A stretch of 64,000 bases of DNA, from contig JBAZSZ010000002.1 of the NCBI GenBank assembly GCA_041662205.1, forward strand, positions 103,266 to 167,265, read 5' to 3'. The translations under genes were made by a program, and so were the position numbers. Positions 56,592 to 64,000 of this stretch are shown here, piece after piece (the first letter of the stretch is position 1; every line of letters begins with the position of its first letter). A model generated the notes under the pieces. It searched no databases. It saw nothing but the letters and a program-made list of their open reading frames with translations, and was not told the origin of the DNA. Source of the stretch: Minisyncoccota bacterium. GTDB lineage: Bacteria; Patescibacteriota; Minisyncoccia; Phycocordibacterales; UBA9973.

Positions 56592-56691
56592 TGTTTTTAA
56601 GGGGTTTCGAGGCTGTCGAGCCGAGAATTTCAGGATTTTTCAAGCTTCGAAAAATTTGTACCGGCAAAAATATTACTCTTGATTTTCTCTA
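56573..56691. repeat. Family B hairpin element, copy 3 (between convergent comEC and sod, reversed)
   Basis: Arms TAGAGAAAATCAAGAATAATGTTTTT / AAAAATATTACTCTTGATTTTCTCTA; reverse-complemented core GGTACAAATTTTTCGAAGCTTGAAAAATCCTGAAATTCTCGGCTCGACAGCCTCGAAACCCC. Confidence 0.88.
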
Positions 56692-57300
56692 CTGAGAATT
56701 TTTGAAATTTTCCTCTACCATTTCCCAATTTAGATTTGCGAAAAAGTCTTCAACATATTGTTTTTTACCACTAGGTTGATAGTCTGTCACAAAAGCGTGT
56801 TCCCACATATCAATACCCAAAATCCAATTAAGACCATTTAATTGTCCTAAATGATGCTCATCTATCCAAGCATCTATAAATTGATTTGTTTCTTTGTCCC
56901 AATATAATACGGCCCAGCCGATCCCGCGAGTCATGGCTAGAGATTTAAACTTAGTAAGCCAAGCATCAAAAAATAATCCTTGTTTTTCTATAGCATTTTT
57001 AAATGTAGAATTTGTTGGTAGTGGCCTTGCTCCTCCTTCAAGAGATTTGAAATAATATTCATGATTACGCATGCCGTTGAATTCAAAACCAAATCTTCTA
57101 TGTAATTCTCCTATCAAATAAATAACACCCGGTGTTAATTCTCTTATTTCAGACATTTTGTCATATTCTTCAAGCTTTTCCAAAATTAGGTTTGTGTTTT
57201 TTACATAGCCAGCATAAAGCTTCAAATGTTCTTCAATATTTTTTGAAGAGATACCTTTTAAAGTTCCAATATTAAATTTTTTTTCTTCAAACTTCTTCAT
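56689..57300 (-). CDS. Fe/Mn superoxide dismutase family protein
   Basis: EEHLKLYAGYV, FNG..NHE.YF, RGIGWA, DMWEHAF..DY. Confidence 0.88.
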   Translation of the reverse strand: MKKFEEKKFNIGTLKGISSKNIEEHLKLYAGYVKNTNLILEKLEEYDKMSEIRELTPGVIYLIGELHRRFGFEFNGMRNHEYYFKSLEGGARPLPTNSTFKNAIEKQGLFFDAWLTKFKSLAMTRGIGWAVLYWDKETNQFIDAWIDEHHLGQLNGLNWILGIDMWEHAFVTDYQPSGKKQYVEDFFANLNWEMVEENFKNSQ

Positions 57301-57314
57301 GCTAATATTGTAGC

Positions 57315-58184
57315 ATGTCTAAAGATATCAAACAGTACAGGCTGTTTATTCTTACATTTTTTCTTTTATTTACAACGGTTTTTCTGGCTCATTTAGATTG
57401 GCAAAATTCTCACCGTAGCTTTACTTTTGCTATGCTGGACGTCGGTCAGGGTGATGCGCTTTTTGTAGAATCTCCGACAGGTACGCAAGTAATGTTTGAT
57501 GGTGGACCGGCGCGCAAAGTTTTAGGTCCACTTACAAGAGTGATGTCTCCATTTGATAAAACTATTGATGCATTAGTTATCACTAATCCAGACGCTGATC
57601 ACATTGGCGGGTTTTTAGATATTTTAAAAAATTATAAAGTGGGTGTTGTGTTGGAGTCGGGTACTTTGACTGATTCCAAAACTTATCAAAATCTTAGGGA
57701 AGAAATGAAAAAGCAAAACATTCCGGATATTTTAGCTAAAAGAGGAATGAGATTGGATTTAGGTGGTGGAGTTGTGATTGATATTTTATTTCCTGATAGA
57801 GATGTCTCCGAGTGGGCTACTAATGATGGAGGAGTAGTGGCGCGAATGACTTATGGAGAGACGTCAATCATGCTTACTGGTGATATAGGAGCAAAAACAG
57901 AACAAATAATTCTTGAGGAAAATTCTCAGATACAACTAAAGAGCACTATTTTAAAAGTCGGACATCATGGTTCGCATACTTCTTCGTCTTCGGGTTTTGT
58001 AAAAGCTGTTTCTCCGATGTATGCGCTCATTTCAGATGGTAAAGATAATAACTATGGCCACCCACATAAAGAAACACTCGATACTTTAGCTAAATTTGGA
58101 GCAAATATTTTCCGAACTGACTTATTGGGCACAATGGTTATGAAATCCGACGGTCAGAATGTCAATTTTTTATTCCACAAGTAG
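57315..58184 (+). CDS. ComEC/Rec2 metallo-beta-lactamase domain protein
   Basis: LDVGQGDA, TNPDADHIGG, LTGD, LKVGHHGS, N.YGHPH. Confidence 0.92.
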   Translation: MSKDIKQYRLFILTFFLLFTTVFLAHLDWQNSHRSFTFAMLDVGQGDALFVESPTGTQVMFDGGPARKVLGPLTRVMSPFDKTIDALVITNPDADHIGGFLDILKNYKVGVVLESGTLTDSKTYQNLREEMKKQNIPDILAKRGMRLDLGGGVVIDILFPDRDVSEWATNDGGVVARMTYGETSIMLTGDIGAKTEQIILEENSQIQLKSTILKVGHHGSHTSSSSGFVKAVSPMYALISDGKDNNYGHPHKETLDTLAKFGANIFRTDLLGTMVMKSDGQNVNFLFHK

Positions 58185-58215
58185 ACAGGAAAATAAATAT
58201 GATATACTTCATTTC

Positions 58216-59406
58216 ATGAAAGATAAAAAAATTGAGAGTCTTATTAAAAATGAGACAAAGAGGCAAAAAAGTATTATTAATCTTATTCCTTCCGAGAATT
58301 ATGTTTCTAAAGATGTTTTAACAGCGCTCGGTTCTATTTTTGACAATAAATATGCTGAAGGATATCCCTATGCTCGATATTATGGAGGGCAAAGATACAC
58401 AGATGAGCTAGAGACTCTTTGCCAAGATAGAGCTCGAAAACTTTTCAAATTAAAAAAAGATTTATGGCATGTAAATGTTCAGCCACTTTCAGGGTCACCA
58501 GCAAATTTAGCTGTATATTTAGCACTTGTGCCACAAGGGGGCAAGATCATGGGGCTACCTCTTTCTTCTGGTGGACATTTGACTCATGGTCAAAAAGTTT
58601 CAATCACTGGTAAAGTTTGGGAACAAGTACCTATCGGGATAGATTTGAAAACTGAACTTATTGATTATAAAAAAATGAAAGAGGATGCTGTTAGAGAAAA
58701 ACCAAAACTAATTGTTGTAGGATTTACTGCCTATCCAAGAATAGTTGATTTCAAAAAATGTCGTGAAGTGGCTGATGCTTGCGGAGCATACTTAATGGTA
58801 GATATGTCTCATTTTGCTGGATTAGTAGCGGGTGAAGCTTATCCATCACCCTTTCAATATGCAGATGTCGTTACAACCACTACCCATAAAACTCTTCGTG
58901 GCCCTCGAGGTGCCATGATTTTTTCTAGAAAAGATAAAAAAATTGGAGATAAAAATATTTCAGTTTTGATTGATAAAGCTATTTTCCCAGGCATACAAGG
59001 AGGTCCGCATATGGGGCAGATAGCAGCTATCGCTGTCGCTCTCAAAGAAGATGATTCACCTGCGTTTAAAAAATATGCAAAACAAATTCTCAAGAATGCA
59101 AAAGCATTAGCAGACGAACTTAGTCGCTTGGGTTGGAGAATCGTTTCTGGGGGGACAGAGTCGCATCTTATTTTGGTGGATACTTGGATGGATGGAAAAG
59201 GTATTTCAGGAAAAGAAGCCGAGGCCAAGCTTGAAAAAGCTGGAATCATTTGCAACAAAAACACGATTCCAGGTGAAACTCGTTCACCATTTGATCCTTC
59301 TGGTATTCGGATAGGTACACCAGCAGAAACTACTTTAGGTAAAAAAGAGAAAGATATGATCTTGATCGCTAGAAAAATAGATAAGACTTTAAAGGGGAAG
59401 AAATAA
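58216..59406 (+). CDS. glyA: Serine hydroxymethyltransferase
   Basis: LIPSENY, NKYAEGYP..RYYGG, GGHLTHG, TTTTHKTLRGPRG, QGGP, SGIRIGTPA. Confidence 0.97.
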   Translation: MKDKKIESLIKNETKRQKSIINLIPSENYVSKDVLTALGSIFDNKYAEGYPYARYYGGQRYTDELETLCQDRARKLFKLKKDLWHVNVQPLSGSPANLAVYLALVPQGGKIMGLPLSSGGHLTHGQKVSITGKVWEQVPIGIDLKTELIDYKKMKEDAVREKPKLIVVGFTAYPRIVDFKKCREVADACGAYLMVDMSHFAGLVAGEAYPSPFQYADVVTTTTHKTLRGPRGAMIFSRKDKKIGDKNISVLIDKAIFPGIQGGPHMGQIAAIAVALKEDDSPAFKKYAKQILKNAKALADELSRLGWRIVSGGTESHLILVDTWMDGKGISGKEAEAKLEKAGIICNKNTIPGETRSPFDPSGIRIGTPAETTLGKKEKDMILIARKIDKTLKGKK

Positions 59407-59455
59407 AAGTTTAAAATAGTTTTTAATTTAGCTCTTTTTCTGCTATATTTTCTAT

Positions 59456-60160
59456 ATGGCCAAGAAGAAACAAAGAGGGAAACTCATCGTTATAGATGGC
59501 ACTGATGGCAGCGGGAAGGCGACGCAGGTTAAATTTTTGTCGGAGAGGCTAAAAAAAGAAGGGAAGATAGTAAAGATTGTTGATTTTCCTGAGTATTATA
59601 AGAATTTTTTTGGAGCATTTCTTGGTCACTGCCTTTCTGAGCAATATTATAATTTTTTAAATGTTCATCCAAAGATTGCTTCGGTGCTGTATGCGGCGGA
59701 TCGTTTTGAATCGAGCGAGGAAATGAGAAGTTGGCTCCAAAAAGGATATATCGTTATTGCGAACCGCTATGTTTCTGCTAATCAAATTCACCAAGGCGGG
59801 AAAATCAAGGACACAAAAAAACGTAATAATTTTATAAAATGGCTGGATGAAATGGAATACGGAGTTTTTAAAATTCCTCGTCCCGACGTTACTCTGTATT
59901 TGAGTTTGCCGATCGATATTGTTTCACAACTTTTAAAACATCGTGATAGTAGTAAAATGAAGAGAGCTTATTTAAAAAAGAAAAAAGATGTGCATGAGGA
60001 AGATGTAAATTTTCTTAAAAATTCTATAAAAAGTGCTTTAAAATTAGAAAAAGAAGTTCCTCATTTTATTAAAATTGACTGTGCTCCTAAGGGAGAAATT
60101 TTATCTCGTGAAATAATCCACGAAAAAATTTATGAAAAGATTAAAAAAGTTTTGAAATAA
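59456..60160 (+). CDS. tmk: Thymidylate kinase
   Basis: IDGTDGSGKATQ, LYAADR, NRYVSAN..HQG. Confidence 0.9.
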   Translation: MAKKKQRGKLIVIDGTDGSGKATQVKFLSERLKKEGKIVKIVDFPEYYKNFFGAFLGHCLSEQYYNFLNVHPKIASVLYAADRFESSEEMRSWLQKGYIVIANRYVSANQIHQGGKIKDTKKRNNFIKWLDEMEYGVFKIPRPDVTLYLSLPIDIVSQLLKHRDSSKMKRAYLKKKKDVHEEDVNFLKNSIKSALKLEKEVPHFIKIDCAPKGEILSREIIHEKIYEKIKKVLK

Positions 60161-60167
60161 TAAATAA

Positions 60168-60593
60168 ATGCAAATTAAAGTTAAAAAACTCATAGAAGAT
60201 GCAAAATTGCCAACCCATGGGCACCCCGGGGATGCGGGGATGGATTTTTATTGTGTGGAAGATGTTCTTTTTCCACCTGGTAAACAGGAGAGAGTCCGCA
60301 CTGGCATAGCCATTGAAATTCCAGAAGGACATGTAGGTCTTATCTGGGACAAATCAAGCATATCTTTTAATCTTGGATTGAAGATCATGGGCGGGGTTAT
60401 TGATTCTGGTTTTCGGGGTGAGATCACTATGAATCTTTTGAATGTTTCTAATAAAGAAGTATTGATGACCAAAGATCATAAGATTGCTCAAATGGTAATT
60501 CAAAAATTTGAACATTGTGATATTGTAGAGGTTGATGAGCTTTCAGAGACTGTGCGTGGAGAAGGCCGAGAAGGGAGTACTGGTAAAAAATGA
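60168..60593 (+). CDS. dut: dUTP diphosphatase
   Basis: DAGMD, TGIAIEIP, GGVIDSGFRGE, IAQ, RGEG..GSTG. Confidence 0.95.
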   Translation: MQIKVKKLIEDAKLPTHGHPGDAGMDFYCVEDVLFPPGKQERVRTGIAIEIPEGHVGLIWDKSSISFNLGLKIMGGVIDSGFRGEITMNLLNVSNKEVLMTKDHKIAQMVIQKFEHCDIVEVDELSETVRGEGREGSTGKK

Positions 60594-60623
60594 TATAAAA
60601 TTTTTACAAAAACATTCTAAATT

Positions 60624-62363
60624 ATGGAACAAGAAATAAAAAATTTAATAAAAGATGCACTAAATAATCTAAGCATAGAAGTTAGCAATATTGTTCTAGA
60701 ACATCCAGAAAATTCATCCAACGGAGATTATTCTACGAATGTGGCTTTAGCTATATCAAAAAGTGTTGAAAGAAACCCTAAAGAATTAGCAGAAAAAATA
60801 ATTACTGAAATAATTAGGTTAAATATTGATAAAAATATTGAAAAAATAGAAGTTGCTGGTAATGGTTTTATTAATTTCTATTTATCGAGAGAGTTTTTTA
60901 GAAAAAGTATCGAAGAAATTTTAAATAATCCAGAAAACTTTGGGAAAAATAATTCGTTAGAAGGGAAAAAAATAATGGTGGAATATACGGACCCAAACCC
61001 TTTTAAGCCTTTTCATATTGGACATTTGATGAGTAATGCTATAGGAGAATCAATCTCGCGTCTTGTAGAATTTTCTGGAGCAAAAACTACGCGTGCAAAT
61101 TATCAGGGAGATGTCGGGTTGCATGTAGCGAAAGCCATTTACGGACTTTTAGAAAATGAAAAATTACAAAATAAAATAGGATCAAATGCGCTACAAGCAT
61201 CAAATATAGGGCGAGCTTATGCGCGGGGCGCAGAGCTTTATGAAATTGATGAGAAAATAAAAAAAGAAATAGATGAAATAAATAAAAAACTTTATATTAA
61301 AGATAATGATAAAAAAGACAAAAAAATAAATGAAATATATGAGTGGGGTTTCAAGGTGACGATGGAAGCTTTTGAAGATTTGTATAAAATACTCGGTACA
61401 AAATTTGATTTTTATTTTTTGGAAAGCATGATGGCGGATATCGGGCGAGAAATTGTAAATGATAATATGGGAAAAATTTTTGAAGAATCTGAAGGAGCTA
61501 TTGTGTTTAAAGCAGAGAAGTACAATATAGAAGGTCAGCCTAAATTTCACACTCGAGTTTTTATTACTTCCCAAAGTTTACCTACATATGAAACTAAAGA
61601 ACTTGGCTTAACAGCTGAAAAATTTAAAACTTATCCGGAGATGGATTTATCTATTGTGGTTACTGCTAATGAACAAATGGATTATATGCGGGTTGTGGCA
61701 AAAGCTATTTCTCTTATTCATCCTGAATATGAGAAAAAAATGTTTCATATTACTCACGGGATGATGCGTTTGACTACTGGCAAGATGGGGTCCAGAAAGG
61801 GAAATGTCATTACCGGGGAATTTCTCTTAAATGATGCTCGAGATGCTATTTTAGAGAAAATGACTGATAGAGATTTTTCTCCTGAAGAAGAAGAAAAAGT
61901 GGCAAACGAAGTTAGCGTTTCTGCCTTAAAATATTCTATATTAAAACAATCAATTGGTGGAGATATTGTTTTTGATTTTGAAAAATCTATTTCTTTTGAG
62001 GGAGATTCAGGGCCATATTTGCAATATTCTTATGCTAGAGCGAATTCAATTTTAGAAAAAGCACAAAAAGAAAATATCTTGCCAGATCCACATGCTTTCC
62101 TGCCAGAAATTTTTGAAGTAGAAAAATTATTATATAAATTTCCGGAAGTTGTATTACGTTCAGCAAAGGAATATGAACCGCATTATATTGTAAATTATTT
62201 AATAGAAGTTGCTCGTTCTTTTAATAGCTTTTATGGCAACAATATTATTGTAAATAAAGAAGACAAAACTTCTTCTTATAAAATAGCTCTGACTTACGCT
62301 TTTTCTTTTGTAATGAAAAATGGTTTGCGCCTTCTCGGCATCGTGGCTCCGAAGAAAATGTAG
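60624..62363 (+). CDS. argS: Arginine--tRNA ligase
   Basis: GDYSTN, EYTDPNPFKPFHIGH, KMGSRKGNV, GDSGPYLQYSYAR. Confidence 0.96.
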   Translation: MEQEIKNLIKDALNNLSIEVSNIVLEHPENSSNGDYSTNVALAISKSVERNPKELAEKIITEIIRLNIDKNIEKIEVAGNGFINFYLSREFFRKSIEEILNNPENFGKNNSLEGKKIMVEYTDPNPFKPFHIGHLMSNAIGESISRLVEFSGAKTTRANYQGDVGLHVAKAIYGLLENEKLQNKIGSNALQASNIGRAYARGAELYEIDEKIKKEIDEINKKLYIKDNDKKDKKINEIYEWGFKVTMEAFEDLYKILGTKFDFYFLESMMADIGREIVNDNMGKIFEESEGAIVFKAEKYNIEGQPKFHTRVFITSQSLPTYETKELGLTAEKFKTYPEMDLSIVVTANEQMDYMRVVAKAISLIHPEYEKKMFHITHGMMRLTTGKMGSRKGNVITGEFLLNDARDAILEKMTDRDFSPEEEEKVANEVSVSALKYSILKQSIGGDIVFDFEKSISFEGDSGPYLQYSYARANSILEKAQKENILPDPHAFLPEIFEVEKLLYKFPEVVLRSAKEYEPHYIVNYLIEVARSFNSFYGNNIIVNKEDKTSSYKIALTYAFSFVMKNGLRLLGIVAPKKM

Positions 62364-62374
62364 TAGAATAGGAC

Positions 62375-63979
62375 GTGACTCAAAGTGAAGCTTTAAATAT
62401 TTTAAAAACTGGCGCCAATGTTTTTTTAACGGGGGAGCCAGGGGCGGGGAAAACGCACACTATAAATAATTTTGTGAATTATTTGCGTGCCTGTGAAGTA
62501 GAACCTGCGATTACTGCTTCTACAGGTATTGCTGCGACGCATATCGGCGGGATGACTATCCATTCTTGGAGCGGAATCGGTATCAGAACTAAATTAGATA
62601 AATATGATTTAGATAAAATTGCGAGCAGTGAATATGTTTGCAAGCGTGTTCGTCGGACCCATGTTTTGATAATTGATGAGATTTCTATGCTCTCTACAAA
62701 GATGCTTGATATGGTGGATCTGGTTTGTCGGGAAATAAAACAAAATGATGAACCATTTGGCGGCATTCAAGTTATTTTGGTAGGTGATTTTTTTCAATTA
62801 CCGCCGATTGTAGGAATGCACGATAATAATAAAAATAAACAAAGTTCACTTATCTCAGAGGTCGGACCTATGGGGATTTTTGCTTATAATAGTGGAGCGT
62901 GGGAGAGAGCTGGGTTAGTTGTTTGTTATCTGACTGAACAGCATCGACAGGATGATAAAGATTTTCTTTCCGTTCTTTCCGGCATACGTGAGAATAATTT
63001 TTCCCAAACACATAAAAAATTTATAACTGCTCGACAGATTGATCTTGATGATATAGGAGAAGAGACCATGAATATTACCAAACTTTTTTCGCATAATATA
63101 GACGTAGATCGGGTAAACAATATTGAACTTGGAAAATTAGAGGAAGAAGTAAAATTATTCAAAATGTCTGGAAATGGAAATGATAAGATGATAGAGACAC
63201 TTAAGAAAGGATGTTTGTCGCCAGAAAATTTAGAGCTTAAAATCGGAGCGGTGGTGATGTGCACCAAGAATAATCAAAAAGAAAGATTTGTAAATGGCAC
63301 ACTCGGCGTGGTGACAGGGTTTGAAGAATTTAGCGGACATCCAATTATCAAAACTAGAAACGGACGAAGTATTATTGTTCCACCCTCGGATTGGATGGTA
63401 GAAGAAAATGGAAAAATCCGCGCACAAATAACCCAGATACCGCTCCGACTGGCTTGGGCTATTACGGTGCACAAGAGCCAGGGGATGAGCATGGATGCAG
63501 CGGTAATGGATTTGTCGCAAGTGTTTGAATTCGGGCAGGGTTATGTGGCGCTTTCTCGTGTGCGCAGGCTCTCGGGTCTTTATCTCCTTGGAATCAACGA
63601 GCACGCTTTTAAGGTGCATCCAGAAGTTTTAGAAAAAGATATTTCTTTTAAGAAAAAGTCTAGAGAAGCAGTAAAAGTCTTTGGAGAACTTTCAGAAAAT
63701 GATCTAAAAAAAATGCACAATGATTTTGTAATTGCTTGCGGTGGAAAGATAGGGAAAGAGAAGATGAAAGGCGCATCGAGTACCGCGCGCCTTGACGCAT
63801 TTTCCGAAATCAGAGAAAAACATCCCAATGCGTATCGTCCATGGAGTAAAGAACAAGATGAAGAATTGAAAAAGTTATTTACTTCAGGCGCTAAAATAAT
63901 TGATCTAATGAAAAGTTTTGGTAGGAAAAGGGGTGGGATTACAGCTAGGCTCGAAAAGCTCGGGTTGGTAGAGAAATAA
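62375..63979 (+). CDS. PIF1-like SF1B helicase with a C-terminal helical domain
   Basis: FLTGEPGAGKT, TASTGIAATHIGG.TIHSWSG, IDEISM, GDFFQLPP, QIPLRLAWAITVHKSQGMS, GQGYVALSRV; NAYRPWS..QDEEL tail. Confidence 0.92.
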   Translation: MTQSEALNILKTGANVFLTGEPGAGKTHTINNFVNYLRACEVEPAITASTGIAATHIGGMTIHSWSGIGIRTKLDKYDLDKIASSEYVCKRVRRTHVLIIDEISMLSTKMLDMVDLVCREIKQNDEPFGGIQVILVGDFFQLPPIVGMHDNNKNKQSSLISEVGPMGIFAYNSGAWERAGLVVCYLTEQHRQDDKDFLSVLSGIRENNFSQTHKKFITARQIDLDDIGEETMNITKLFSHNIDVDRVNNIELGKLEEEVKLFKMSGNGNDKMIETLKKGCLSPENLELKIGAVVMCTKNNQKERFVNGTLGVVTGFEEFSGHPIIKTRNGRSIIVPPSDWMVEENGKIRAQITQIPLRLAWAITVHKSQGMSMDAAVMDLSQVFEFGQGYVALSRVRRLSGLYLLGINEHAFKVHPEVLEKDISFKKKSREAVKVFGELSENDLKKMHNDFVIACGGKIGKEKMKGASSTARLDAFSEIREKHPNAYRPWSKEQDEELKKLFTSGAKIIDLMKSFGRKRGGITARLEKLGLVEK

Positions 63980-64000
63980 AGCATCTTATGTTAAAATCAG

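Noticed and set aside
22149-63984. Long antisense ORFs opposite pnp, tig, glyA, the PIF1-like gene and others
   Set aside because: They fully overlap confidently identified genes and carry no recognisable motifs; typical antisense shadows
1-64000. Alternative genetic code 25 (UGA=Gly)
   Set aside because: Conserved genes are full length under code 11 and dut ends at TGA in the expected place

Overview
AT-rich, gene-dense chromosomal segment using genetic code 11. Gene content suggests a Patescibacteria/CPR bacterium (Parcubacteria-like; inference). It holds about 55 CDS: rsmA, pcrA, CCA-adding enzyme, xth, a Xer recombinase, rpsO-NYN-pnp, metK, comM, lexA, HU, rny, clpP, pyrD-pyrE-pyrF-argG-argH-amidohydrolase, tig, ppa, nusA, a type IV pilus cluster, tpiA-pgk, recJ-rnhA-comEC, sod, glyA-tmk-dut-argS and a PIF1-like helicase. 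It also has 4 tRNAs and a cluster of parS-like sites at 11.6-12.8 kb. The most striking signal is a set of dispersed ~80-135 bp hairpin elements. Each has a conserved GC-rich core enclosed by long inverted-repeat arms whose sequence differs in every copy. Family A has six copies, five inserted in-frame inside rsmA, pcrA (twice), the CCA enzyme and comM, read in different frames and orientations. Families B and C are intergenic, and family C shows compensatory base changes. No transposase, CRISPR array or prophage is visible. All protein calls come from motif recognition by eye, not database searches.
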